A stretch of 64,000 bases of DNA from Hydrolagus affinis. Lineage: Eukaryota. The DNA is taken from contig JAAILG010000233.1 of the NCBI GenBank assembly GCA_012026655.1, forward strand, positions 1 to 64,000, written 5' to 3'. Below are positions 51,037 through 64,000 of this stretch, piece after piece; within the stretch, counting starts at the first letter, position 1; the number at the start of each line of letters is the position of its first letter. Made by a program: the position numbers and the translations under genes. The notes under the pieces were generated by a model that saw only the letters and a list, made by a program, of their open reading frames with translations, made no database searches and was not told the DNA's origin.

Positions 51037-51419
51037 AATAATAATATTCCTTGCATTGCATATTCCAACAAATTTATAAAGTGCCTTTCATGTTGGGAGG
51101 AGGTCTCAAGGTGCTAAACAGTCAGGGGTCCGGATCCAAGCCAGTGGGGCAGGGCAGGCTGGGGAGGAGGTTGAGGGAGAGAGCTGGGAGGGCGGCAGAA
51201 GGCACGATCGAAGAGGAGGGTCTTGAGACTGGCCTTGAAGGAGGCAAGGGAGGAAGCAAGGCGAAGCGACTGTGGGATGGAGATCCAGAGGGATATAATA
51301 TAGCGCCTTTTCATGTCTTCGAGACATCTCAAAGTGTTTCTCAAAATAAACTGTAAAGTGTAGATTTTGTGGGTGAAACACAGCTGGCCACTTGCGTACA
51401 GCAGTGTCCCACAAACAGT
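51037..51419 (-). mobile_element. tRNA-SINE fragment split by an L2 insertion
   Basis: Tail aataataatattccttgcatt at 51037-51057; resumes at about 51295 with atatagcgccttttcatgtcttcgagacatctc...gtgtcccacaaacagt. Confidence 0.8.
51066..51291 (-). mobile_element. L2 LINE 3' fragment (type B)
   Basis: LWISIPQSLRLASSLASFKASLKTLLFDRAFCR in ORF 51114-51443. Confidence 0.9.
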
Positions 51420-52231
51420 TAAAATAATTTGCATTATAATCACATGGTGATAAAGAAATATAATTGCTCAGAAATGAGAAATCTCAAATATATATATATA
51501 TATCTATATAAATAAGAATGCAACATATAGAGTGTCACATTGGCTCATGTTCAGACATCAGTCATTCCCACAAAGTAAAAATAAAATGGAGAAGTGGTTT
51601 GTCCCCATCCCACATCTCTGTTGCCATCCATGCATTTAAAAGGTATAAGTGCCAACCCAGTAGAGCTTGGTTTGATCCACAGTAAAACTGTGGACTAATA
51701 TGATCACACAGTAGAAGTTTCAGCACCATGAACAGACACAGGATTATCAGACTGAGCAATTCAAAAAGTATTAATAAATATGAGAACAAGAAATATAATC
51801 AGTAATATCTTACTATTTACTGAACAAAATAAAATTACTTTGCGGTTGCTATGGGTGCAGTTATCTGAACGTCCTTAATCTGGAGTTATTGTCTATGCTT
51901 ATATTTGACCTTTTATGAATGATTTCAAATGCCTCAGCATTATTCATATTTTTATTATATATTATATACACACAACACAAGCAATAAAAATTCCTTTGCT
52001 CAGTGATGGTTGATCAAATGGACAATCTCCTCTTTTATCCAATATTAATTCTCAAAACCTTACACAATAATATTCCACAGTGCAGACTTTTTATTGATAT
52101 TTTTATTTGCCTCAGAGTAATGTTGGTGTCATCAAATTACAAAGCAATGTCCCTTTCCATGCTTCGCACATTGTCATTTGAAGACCTCACATTTTGGTTA
52201 AGGAAAAGAAACAGAGGAAATCATCTTAGGT

Positions 52232-52350
52232 AGAGGGAGGCCATTCAGCACATTGATCCTAAATTGTGTGTACTCATCCACTGGAGCTGACCTCTCTAAT
52301 CCAATTCCCATTTAAGTTTTTCTTCTTCAAATGTTTTTCCAATGCACAAT
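52232..52350 (-). mobile_element. CR1 3' end relic
   Basis: agagggaggccattcagcacattga...ttcttcaaatgtttttccaat; similar to 59385-59555. Confidence 0.5.
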
Positions 52351-52569
52351 TCTTCATTGTAAGTTTATCCCCCAGTCAAAAGACACTTGCAAACATGTCG
52401 TTTGGTGCAATGATTCCCTTAGATTTAGGGGAAGGTGGTGGGATGAACGCGCTTTTATGGCCTATGGCAGTTACCTAAAATGAGTGATTTTTATTACGCC
52501 AAATTTCATTGTAAATACATAACCTGTGCACCAGTTTGTCAGTTCACCAGGCCCCATTAATCAAGATAA

Positions 52570-53110
52570 AATGCTCTCAAAGAATCTTTGATAGGAGTCT
52601 GGATGGAAATTGATGAACCTCTGACAAATCAGGAGGTACAAATTCCCGTACTTCAAACCACTCAAAATTGCAGTGAAGTCAAAGAAGGATATTAATTGCA
52701 TATTGTGCAACACGTTCTGATAGGGTGTGAGAGCTTCAACATCCATGGAAGTACTGCATTCATTTGTTGGTACTTTAACGCAATCCAGAGAACCATACAA
52801 TATGCAATGGGAGATGTTTCCCTGAAAAGTTTCACACAGGTAGAAGGACTATGTGCTTGACCATGATCTATTTTGTCACACAGATTTGGCAGAGAAATAT
52901 TTTTTTCAAATATGCAGCATTCTGCAAATAATATGTTGGGGTCAAATGTTTTTAAACAACACATTTTAAGGGAATCAGACAAAGTTGAAAATTAGGGACT
53001 GTAATGCAGAGCAAATTGGGACATCTGATATTCACTTGTAACTGAGCTGCTTTCATCAGCTCTCCATACAAATGGATTAGACTAGTTATTTTGGTTTGCA
53101 AACCTCTTGT
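52570..53110 (-). mobile_element. Highly degraded CR1-like RT fragment
   Basis: Minus strand has VTS..., then ILFAE (LFADD-like), then GLKY, in the expected order. Confidence 0.4.
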
Positions 53111-54711
53111 CTAAAAATCTTGCATAGCAAACATATTTTTGCAGCAAGGTAGGACTTTCAAGTCCAGTAATTTAATTCGACCCCTCCTCAGGCTGAATGC
53201 TCGTTTATTTGACTCATTAATAAAATGGACTTGGATAAAGTGAGTAATTCTACATGCCATTCCACTTTACTGATTTGCTGCTCTGGCTGCTGCTTCAATT
53301 CTCTCCTTCCTACTGTTTGTGGACTACTTTTACTGCATCATTAGGCACACTTCCAGGGTGTACATATGGAATTACTTTGTCATGTAAGCACATGAACACA
53401 GCGTGAATAATTAACTCTGGAAAATCAGGGTTATTGCTGCCATTGTTGTTCTAGTTGAGATGTGGTGATAGTGCAAGTCAATTGCTACTAATATATTGCC
53501 TGGCATTGATTCTATCTTTCCATCTTACCTCCCAATGTTAAGAGATGTTTGAGTAGATAGTTCCAGTGGGGAACTAGCACAGACACACTGGTGGTGAGGT
53601 GAGCTTCCGCTCATGTGACATTTACACTGGCGCTAAGGAGCTATAATTGTGCCATTACGGAGCGGATCTGCCAGCCATATCCAAGGTGGATAAATGATGC
53701 ATGTTCTCCACCATGCCATTTTCTTCTGTTATTGTAGATATCACAACAATGACTTATCAACACAAAGAGATTGATCCCATTCAAAGTTTACGGATGTTTG
53801 TCAAGGTCTGACTTTGCTCTGTAAGAAACATTTTTTGGAAAGGATATTTCTAATTCAATGATGATACTTTTCGCTTTGTAAAAAAGCTTTTCTTTTCTGG
53901 ACAAATTGCCCAGAGATTGAAACAGAGAGATTGCAATACGCACTCGATTGCTTAATATTTGAATAGCTTGTGTTGCAGACCACTGCAACAATGGGAATTA
54001 GCATATAGACACAGCCACATTAACTTGTGCCCTTGTTCACGAAAACACAGGAAATGAAGTCTAACACATTTGTACAAACAGAGACTAATATATATCTTCC
54101 TAAATGGAAATACCAAAAATGTATTATAATTTGAGACTACAATATGCGAGATGCCCTAGCCCTGATGTGGATCTAAAAGAGTCAATGAAAGACATGTAGT
54201 GTTTTTTTTTGTATTCCTGGCCTGCCTGCAGTTACATACCTAACAGGGGAGCAGCTAAGGGGACAGGAATATATTCACTGTAAAGAAGTACATACATACA
54301 AAATAGGCAAATGTGGGAGCGTGGAGAATGCATACCCCTTACAAATCATCCAAAAGCTCATGCTACCAGCAATGAGAGACATATTCAGGGACGTAGAATC
54401 ACCCCTGGTACCAAAACCATCATGCTACAGAAAGCTACACAACCTAACACAGGCCTTCTGCACCTGCCATCTCTCTGTGTGATCTGCACCATGGTGTCAA
54501 ACCTTGAGGACAGTTTTCAGGAAGTCAAACATAATCTGGACATAACCTGCAATATTTGTAAAAGACCTATTGTGATTTCCGAAACCTGCCAACGTGTGAA
54601 AAAAAACTTTATTGTGTAAATATCTCAAATTACATCCCAGTAATGGTCAAAATAAGGCAAATCTTCAGTAACAGTTAGCACATTCAATGTTATATGGTAT
54701 TTTATTAATGT

Positions 54712-54772
54712 AACAACACCAACTCGCATTTATATTGTGCCATTCACGCAGGGTAGTGTCCCTGAGTGCTTG
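54712..54772 (-). mobile_element. L2-like 3' tail
   Basis: aacaacaccaactcgcatttatattgtgccattcacgc...ctgagtgctt. Confidence 0.55.
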
Positions 54773-55228
54773 CTTCCAGTTTAGAACCAATCCAATGCTT
54801 CCAAATTGCATAGGTGCGAAAGTCTCAGAAGTTCAGATATCCTCAGATAGAAATAAAGAATAAATAGAGATAGAGTCATAAAAGAAACATGAATGAGACA
54901 AGTTAAAAAGAAAGGGTAAACAAAAGAAAAACAAAGAGACTTGAAGAGTGTGTTAAAAAAGGCATTAGATACACACATCCTGCTCTCACTGGCACTCATA
55001 ATACTAAGAGATCTATTTTTTAATGAGTAGTGCTTTATGTGAAACTTTCTAAAGCTTTCTCCCCTCTGTGGATCCCTGGTGTTAAGGAAGTATCATGCTG
55101 TAGTTTGCTATCTATCTATCTGTCTCTCAAAAAAACAACTTCACCAGATTTCTCATTGCTGAACCTTAAGGGGTGTCATGTCCAGTTACATCAGTCTTTG
55201 AGAAAAAAACACTTTATGTCTGCTTGCT

Positions 55229-55702
55229 AACAAAAACTTGGATTTATAACAACTTGGATTTATATAGCGCTCTCCACACCAGACGGCGTCTCAGAGCGCT
55301 TCAAAATAACGGATCCTGGGGCCGATCCAGGGGGAGGGGGAAAAAGGTGACCAAAAGCGCAGTCGAAAAGTAAAGTCTTTAACCACGATCTGCGGATGAC
55401 CAAGAGGGAGCATGTAGATAAGGAAGAGAAGGCTGGCCAAGGATGGATCCTTGGGGTACCCCGCAGGTAACCGGGTGACAGCGAGAGGAAAAGCCGTTAG
55501 TAGAGATGTACTGCTAGTGGTTAGTGAGGTAGGTCTCAAACCAAACGAGTGCGGTTCCACTGAGGTGGATGACGGAGGATAACCAGTGGAGGAGGATGGC
55601 ATGATCAACTGTGTCGAAGGCGGTGGAGAGGTACAGGATGACAAGGAGACAGCTGGAGCCCTGGTCACAGATAGAGAGGATATCATTTGTGACTGTCACC
55701 AT
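55229..55702 (-). mobile_element. L2 LINE with internal deletion (RT core joined to the 3' end)
   Basis: VTNDIL..DQG...LVILYLSTAFDTVDHAILL...GTALVWFETYL...GVPQGSILG/LLFLIYMLPLG runs directly into LKTLLFD and a type A tail. Confidence 0.9.
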
Positions 55703-56289
55703 TGCTGGTTATACAACCTGAATAAAACAACTTTAAGTAATAGTAACTATTCATGTTGGGGAAATATAAAACGACACACTGAAGATTGCTGAATACTGTA
55801 CACAAAGCTATAATGACAAATTTAATTCTGAATGTCAGCATTTCACAAATTGTATCTCAAAGAGCAGCTATTACCACTCAAATAATATTATGGCTTAGTG
55901 GGGATATTGTTTAACGTAGAGTTTACATATATCTATATAGGATATAGTTTAATAATGTAGTATTCCTAGGCAACAATATACGGTGGTACATACCACATCG
56001 GCAAATCCATCAGATCATTCATCATAGAAGTAGAGTGGCTGAGATGTATTACAGTCTGTTGTATGTTGGCTTTGTTGGTGCAAATTATAATCAGTACAAA
56101 AAATGTAGTCAGACATTGGTATCTTCTCAGTTTCAAACAGAAATAAATAGCTTAAACCTTTTAAAGCATTATAACAGATTATAATTTACTCCCTCTTCAC
56201 ATTAGAGGGAAATGATATGTGGGGAGGCCACAGTATTTTACTTAGAGTACATTTTTTTCTAGTTTCTTTTTATACTGCTGTCCCCTTTT

Positions 56290-56380
56290 AGCCTTTCCTC
56301 ATCTCCCAAAGGTAGTGATTCATGCTGTGGAACCAAACCTCACCCACTTGGCCATTCTTTATGTTTGCGCTGCTGGTCTA
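56290..56380 (-). mobile_element. AmnSINE2-like 3' end
   Basis: cctcatctcccaaaggtagtgattcatgctgtgg...acctcacccacttggccattctttatg. Confidence 0.55.
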
Positions 56381-59300
56381 CCTTCTACATACAGTACTGT
56401 ACATATCTCAAGTTTTGAGATAGGAGACTGAAACAAATCAAAATTGAAGTAATACTACAATGAAATACAAATTAGAAACACTGCTGAAATTGTTGGCCAT
56501 TACAACATTTAGTTTGGGTCAGGAAGTAATGTAGCGATTGAATGAATAACCTTTCTTGCCCATTTTTTCCTATGTCGCTTATGGTTCACAAGTTTATGAA
56601 ATATATAGTGTGTTACTAATTATCCCATTGAATTTATACAAAGTTACAACAATCTGTATTTAGTGTTTTCAGTTAAATCCAAAATGATTTTTATTTCAGA
56701 AAATATTAAGAATATAATTGAATCCTTTTGCCCTACCATCTTATGCAATGTGTTTGTCAGATAAAAGGCTAAAATATGGTTCTGTATAAAAATTGAAGCA
56801 CATTCATAAGTTTTTACAGTGCATTTATATCATCTACGAGACATGTAGGGTAAAAAAAACCATACTTTTATATTACACAAAAACCTATTGAGGGAAGCAT
56901 CATTTTATTTAATTTTTAATGCCCTTTTTGTTATCAAGGCAGCAGTTTGTGCATTGAACATGAATGGGTGATTAATGGTCCACATTGAGCTATGGTTAAG
57001 TAGGTGCACTAGCAAAAAAACCTTTTATGAAATAGCATTTTAATTTTTTAAACAGATTTTCCATCATTGGTTCTTTCTAACTGGATTAGTTCTTTGATCT
57101 GTTGTGACGAAGCTCCTTGTTAAGGGAACTCCATTAACTCTGTCTGTCATCTTATTTTCAGTCATATCCTATAGAACACAATTTTCTAAATTGTATTGCT
57201 TTCAATGCTGATTTGAAATTGCGCAAAGTTTAATGAATGACAATGACCAATGGTTCTGATCTATTAAATATGCTGTTAAATCATCCCTGTAGCCTATATT
57301 TTCCTCAGCAGGTGGAGACATTTTGCAGTCCTACATATATAAATATATGTATATATGTGTGTGTCTGATTAACATAGGTAGCTTTTTTGAAGCTGACATT
57401 CTTGTAACACCTTAATCCCCACTTCTGCGTTTTACCTTTGCAATGCATTTGTCATAGTTCACTTTTCTATTTTATTAGTTCTAATATTTATTTACTGCAT
57501 GTCACACTACTGCTTTCGCATAAAAATTTCACAGACAATTGATTTCCAACAGCAGTATCAGGCTTCAGTTCCAGTCAAGCACCCTTAATCTGGGAGCTGT
57601 TGAAGCCAGAGACACATTATACTGGTATTTTGTGCAACAAAGTTGTATTAAAATAGTCAAGGACATAGTTGGATTTTCTTTGATTTAAGAATAACTGCAA
57701 TAAAGTTTTGTCAGAAAGAACCATCTAGAATATTGTTTGAAAAAAATTATCTAAGAAAGAAGTAAGGAATTCTTATTGCATATGAGAGTCAAATTGATCA
57801 CCAAATAACAGTGGTGGCAATGATTGCCTGGTGATTCTAGAAAGAAGACTTAAAAGGTTGATTCCTTATATTAGAAGAGCAAAGTCGAATGATTCATCAG
57901 TTTAAAAAAAATTGCCACTCGAAAGCAAGTAGAGTAATTTACCAAACAAAAGTATTTTACATTTCTCTTAGAAATGCATTGTCTTTTTGGTCAATAAGAC
58001 ACAGAATAGAGCAATATGAAACAACGTCTTCTCAAAACCCAAATGGAAAATTAAACCACCAGTGGATACGAAATGAAAATCAAGCTTTTTGTGTTTGTTG
58101 ATTCCAGAGAATTTGAAAATAGCTGAATATTAAACAGGTAAAAGCAATCGGGTGGTATTTTTCTTATTAAAGTGAACAGAGAATAATTTATTTCATTAAA
58201 CAAGCATTTAGTTGACAGGAGCATAGAGTAATCAGATATGCAGTTAGCTGGAAAAAAATTCATTACACTTTCTCTGGATTTTCAATGATTTGAAAATGCT
58301 AATTTGAAAAGCTATCAGCATTCATCACCCTTAATATAAAAGCTTTAACTTTACATAAAAACATATTTATTTTGTTTCCCTCTCATACATCTAATTCAGA
58401 TAATTAATTTGACAATAGCCATGAAATATAAATGAAAACACAATTATTATAATTTGCTATGCAGAACCTCTCATTTGTGTCTTATTATCACTATTCCTCA
58501 TAAACATGTACATTACTTAATGAGGCACCCCTCCCCTGTTTGCTGTATCCTCCAAAAAAATTACGCTTATTTTTCATCTGGACAGTGTACGATCAAGCCA
58601 GGTGTTTGGCAGCAACAGAGTGTTCAGGTGTAACCGCAGTATTGCCGCTACATTACTAACAGTGTGAATGAAGGATGAGGCATGTAGAATCCTTTGACTG
58701 TGGCGCCACCACCACCATCTCTTTGAGTGGCCCTCTCCTTGGAGACAGACAGGTGTTATAGAGTGACTTGGAATGAATAATCTCATTGCATCGTTGAATT
58801 TACTACATTAATAAAAAAAAACTTTTAAAAACTTTGAATTTTTTTAAAAACATGTTTTAAAACTTTTCAAACCTCTTTAAAGGTTTCGCAATGTAAACAA
58901 TGGGATAATTTCCCACTAAACCTCCACCCTCTACAATTTTTCGATTTTAATGTTAATCTGAACCCTGAGACATTGCATCATTATTTGGAGCAATTATACT
59001 GAGATACAGCCATATATTACATGCGTAGAGATATAATTGCTATTGAAATATGCTTACCAATAAATAGTTAGAGAGAGGTTTACAAAGATTTGCTAGGTTG
59101 GTTGAGGAGAAAGCTTTTTAGTATACAGCAGTGTTCACCGAACATTCTGTGAAGCGGAATTTACATTTCATATGACATCCAAAGGACGTTAATATAATAT
59201 ATATTTTTTAAAGTATCTTCCAGGTTTATGACAAAAGATTGTTAAACATCCAAAGTAATTTGTCTATCAGTGTGAAATGGCTTGGTATAATGTAAATAAT

Positions 59301-59382
59301 GGAGTCTATAATGTTTCTATTTTCTAACAGGATTTCTAGGAGGACATGAAATCCACATTAAATCCGAGATCCCTGAGGATGT

Positions 59383-59555
59383 CATAGAATCATAGAATTT
59401 TACAGCACAAAAGGAGGCCATTTGGCCCATCGAGTCTGTGCCAGCTCTTTGAAAGGAGCTATTCAAAGTCAATCCCACTCCCCGGCTCTCTCTCTATATT
59501 CCCGCAAACCCATCCTCCCCAAATAACCATCCACTTCTCTTTTAAAGTCATTGAT
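59383..59555 (-). mobile_element. CR1 LINE 3' end
   Basis: Terminal octamer (catagaat)x2, then tacagcacaaaaggaggccatttggcccatcgagtctgtgccagctc. Confidence 0.85.
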
Positions 59556-60652
59556 AATTTGTCTGTTGACTTTGTTAGCTTGATGTTGCAGTCATTTTAC
59601 TTAAGTTAAGTTCTTCAATCTTGCAACACCCACCTTCACACATTAATAAGAAGCACATTAACAACTTGGTTGAATTTATTCTGAAGGTGACTGGATCCTT
59701 TAGCACTGGTGTTGCTGTTGGCAGCCATGAGATGGTGAAAATGTCCTTTGAATCAATTAAGATGACTATGGGCATGTCTAATTTAATAGGATATTTAGGA
59801 AAGTAAATGTTACTAACATCTACTTTTTTTAAAATAGTTCTTCGACCCTGCAGCTAATCAAAAATCAAGAGCCTATAGCTTTCCATTTGTAACTCTGTTC
59901 CTGGAGATATGAAGCTCAACGTGAAGCTGTCTTTATATCAGCAAAGCTGAAGCCTAAGCATTAAATGGAGATATTAGTTGGCTCAGCTGCAGTACTGCCA
60001 ATGTCTGATAATTATTACTATTCCTTGGATGAATATTACAAATATTACAGATGTATTTGTGTGCACTACATTAGACTTTCTGGTGTATTACCTAAACGAC
60101 AGGCTTAGCGCAGTCAGACACCAATTGCCTTTTAAAGAATGTAAACTATCACTGATTCTGTTTCTTTACAGAGGTCACTCCAATAGAGCAACATCTCATC
60201 TAGCTTAAAGAAAGCAGCACTGAAGAGTAAATCACCTGCCACAAGGATTCCATCAACTCTCAATTATCCAATGCCTTTGATAGTCTATGTGAACAAAATC
60301 CACTCAAGTCATTTAAAAAAAAAGGTACATGGGTCTGTCTTCCTTGCACAGAGCAAGCTTATCGTTTCTTAAGGATAAATATAAGTAGATTTTATGCTGT
60401 GGAAACTCAAAGCTTTATGCTAATCATTTAGGTTAAGCTCTGGAAGCAAACTGGATACATTCAACACGCCACTGGCAGTAGTGCACTGCACTAGACTCTG
60501 GAAGATAAACTGCATAGGAACGTTATCTGTTAGTCTAATTTATTCAGTGTCACTGCCATATCACAACCCCGTGTTTGATTTTCTTATTAACTAATAACAT
60601 CAAGAACAAACTAATACTGCTACATACCCTAGTAGTTTTGCCTTGTAGAAGT

Positions 60653-60792
60653 NNNNNNNNNNNNNNNNNNNNNNNNNNNNNNNNNNNNNNNNNNNNNNNN
60701 NNNNNNNNNNNNNNNNNNNNNNNNNNNNNNNNNNNNNNNNNNNNNNNNNNNNNNNNNNNNNNNNNNNNNNNNNNNNNNNNNNNNNNNNNNNN
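60653..60792. other. Assembly gap
   Basis: Run of N. Confidence 1.
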
Positions 60793-61934
60793 GCCTCAGC
60801 ACAGAAAGCGTTATTGTCTGTGTTTCTGCAGAAGAATTACATTTTATGACTAACATCGGTATCTTTTCTGAATTTGTGCATGAGAAAAGAAAAGGAGAGC
60901 TCGCCCATTAGAGACAAAATGAAAAGTGGTATTGATTAGACTCTCATTTCCCCACTCTTTGCTTCATTTCCTAAATGCATGGAAATAAGGACTATGCCAG
61001 GAAGTGAGTAACAATAAGCTATAATGAATGGAACAATCTTCAGAAAATTAGTGTGAGCTTACGTGATGGTACACAGATGTTGCTCAGGGTAACTGTCATG
61101 GCTTTGTTTTTCATTTCCATTTATAAAATACTCTACTTATCATGCAATAACATTACATGCTATAGTAGTTCCTGCAAACACAATTAATAATAGACTGATA
61201 AAAGAAGACTTTGAGGACTGGACCAATTATAGACTTATTCTTTGTGTGTGAACGATCATTTCTCAAGCTAGAGTTATTTTACATATGCACAAAACACTAG
61301 AGACAGTCATTTAGATGGGAGAAATAACATTTTATTATTACTTGTGGCAATGCTCCCAGATCATGATCAGACTTTGCCTGTTATACTACACATTTTTTCC
61401 AGTGATTCTTGGCTGATGTTTCTCTAAATTCCCCCTCGATACACGAGCGAGAACACTCCAAAAAGAGCATGAAACTAATTAAATTATTTCCCTTGTTTTC
61501 TTTACATTTTCTCAACTGTTGTGCAAATGGGAATAGTTTGACCTTAAATTATAAGATTGTCCTTTCTTTCTCTTCGTTTTGCTCAGTGTCGCTTTGCTGC
61601 TCTCTTCAACGTTGCTTCTCTCCACCTCTTGACTTCTTTTTCACTGTTGTCCTCTCACAATGGACCAACAGGCAGCCGGACATAGACACCGACCAGCCCG
61701 CCTGGCACAGCCTGAAATTGAGATGTTCTGGTGTGTATCAAAGGAAACCAAATTGAGACAACAAAAATGTCTGACAACATTCTTGGAAAAAAGTGTGCAA
61801 TCCTCCCTCTTCAGTTCTCAGCGCCATTTTAAAAGCTGGAAGGAAAAGTGCTGAAGTCTCATCAATCGGCAGTGTTTACAGCTTGCTTTCTGTTGGACTG
61901 AGGTTCATGACTTCCCATTAAGAGCGCGGGGTGG

Positions 61935-62178
61935 AGTTTCCTTACTCCACATGCCTGATAATAATTCCTCAACAACAAAAAATAATAAATTGGTCACTTC
62001 AATCCATGACTGTTTGTGGGACACTGCTGTGCGCAATTGACTGCCACATTTCGCTCACAATTATACAGTCAATTAACTTAACAGTATACCCTATGAAGCG
62101 CTTTGAGGCATCTAGAAGACTTGAAAAGTACTATATCAAATGCAAGGAATATTAGTATATAAATGCAAGTTGTTGTTG
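61935..62178 (+). mobile_element. 5'-truncated tRNA-SINE followed by a second, (ttg)n-type tail
   Basis: agtttccttactccacatgcc...tatcaaatgcaaggaatatta, then tatataaatgcaagttgttgttg. Confidence 0.85.
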
Positions 62179-63171
62179 AATAGTTTTCCTTCTGCTTACT
62201 GTATAATGTCCAAAGTATCATATTCTAAATGAAACATTTTTACTTCTGTGTCCTGATTTAATAATATAGGTAGGCAGAGGGAATTTACACAACAACTCAA
62301 TGTTTGCGAATATGCTGGAGAGTTCACTCGTGTTTTATGAAGACTTTTTTTAAAAAAAAACTCTTGCTTGAACTTGAGGCAATAAGTGATGAGTAATTTC
62401 AGCCAATCCTGACAATTCTGGATTCCAAATATACCATTCAAATCTGCTTATCAAGGGTTAAGCTTCCCAAGGTTTGATCATCTCTGCACAGTGCACACCA
62501 CTACTACTTTGTTGGAAACAAAGGTAACGTTTCTATGGTGAGAATTTATATTAACAGACTATATTATAATGTCCTGTTTCTGTGCTTTAACATTCTGTTG
62601 TATCCAGTTTCTACAATACCACAATGGAATATTAATGAATATTCATTTTTATAAAGGCTCAATGCCATCAATAAATCCATGAACTGTAACACCATTCTAC
62701 CCACTTTATAATGAATATCCCCTATCAAGGCCTCCCTAATATTTGGTCAGTCTCAAAGAATTTTGCTCAGTGTCTCCCATCATAAATTTCTCAAGATCAA
62801 ACTTCCCCTGATATTTTATAATATTGAGAAACGACTCTCAGCCTATTGCCAAGGCTGAACTTGCCAAAATATCAAGTTATTTCTGTATTTTATCCCAGAT
62901 ATTTCACTTTATTGAGCAATGATTCTTACAGAAAGTGTCAAGGGAAACTGGACCACAAATTGGAAGGCCAGGAAGTAAGGAGAGCTTCGGAAGTGGATTG
63001 GAATTTGCCTGGTTCCTAGGAAACAACACAGCAAGAAACATGGAGCTGTATGAAAGGTGGTTTCATCTTTGGCCTTTGTCATCCATATAGAGTCAATGCT
63101 AATTACACTGCACAATAGTGATTTGATATTGTATTGAGGACACAGACACAATTGGAAATAATATTCTGATT

Positions 63172-63345
63172 AAATAGAGAGGGATCTGGATATTTTAGAA
63201 AATGTGGCTGACAAGTGGTAAGTATTATTTAATTTGGAGAATGCAGAATGATGAGATTAGCCAAGAAAAGAAACAGTAGCAATATAAACTGAGTGGTATT
63301 TGCCTATAGGATAGCACAGGAGACAGGCACTGGTGGATAAATTGC
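63172..63345 (+). mobile_element. CR1 ORF2 fragment
   Basis: IERDLDILENVADKW*VLFN...YKLSG, resembling QxDLDxLxxWAxxWQMxFN. Confidence 0.65.
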
Positions 63346-64000
63346 TGAAGCTACCAATAGAATTTATCAAAATGATAGTAAAACATGGAATGCACTAAAG
63401 TTCCAATATTCTGCAACTCCGGAACCATTTTAATATGTGTTTAAGGCTTAATTTGAAAATCTTTGTGTTTAGCAAATTAATTATCTACCACGAAACAGTA
63501 TAAGTAAAGACCTTTGTATTTAGGCTCCTAAATCATCCAATGCTTATGTCTTTGGTAATACCTCTAACTACAGACTGACAAGAAAGCCAAGGCAGTCAGC
63601 CTTATTGCTGAGTTTAATTTGCTTTAAATAAAAGAATTATAGGATTGGATTGAAAATGTTTTTCACATAATCAAAAGAATGATTTCTATTTTTTTTACAA
63701 GATGAAAAAATGAACACTTCTCATTACATTCAAGGACTCAATGTCATGATGATCGTTTTATATTACAGGGCTAGTCAATTATTCTTGAATAATTTTTAAT
63801 CTAGCAATTATGTCAGTGCCTAAAATAGTGCAAAATTATAGCGAAATTGTGAAAGGGAAGGAAGAAATGAAATCTATGATCAGTGATTCTTTACGTTTAA
63901 CTGATTTGAGAAGACAATTCAAAAATCTTTCTTCATTTAGACTCAGAGGTAATTTCATTTATAGGATTGGGGAGGTGCATAGTTATGTCAAACCAACAAA

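Noticed and set aside
55291-55702. ORFs with reverse-transcriptase motifs as a novel RT system
   Set aside because: Ordinary L2 RT fragment with a stop, a frameshift and no YADD motif
62380-62910. Minus-strand CR1 RT relic
   Set aside because: Only faint motif similarity, not enough to call

Overview
AT-rich, non-coding vertebrate genomic DNA from a draft assembly with two N gaps. The repeat content points to a cartilaginous fish, probably a holocephalan such as Callorhinchus milii; this is inferred from recalled consensus sequences, not from a search. I found no credible host protein-coding exon, rRNA, true tRNA or CRISPR array, so this looks like a gene desert or a large intron. The ORF track is either noise or decayed retrotransposon ORF2. 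The window contains: (i) a younger tRNA-headed SINE with an (ATT)n tail, two full-length copies and several partial ones; (ii) many L2 3' fragments of two tail types; (iii) CR1, L1 and RTE relics; (iv) old Deu-domain SINEs and AmnSINE2-like copies; (v) an unnamed three-copy repeat, a candidate solo LTR nested in a CR1, and several CTCF-like motifs. I see no convincing novel biological system. The best leads are a covarying 3' stem-loop shared by the SINE and two L2 families, the dense AmnSINE2-like copies, the unnamed repeat, and several nested or rearranged elements. All family names come from motif recognition and need confirming against Dfam/Repbase. Boundaries of old elements are approximate.
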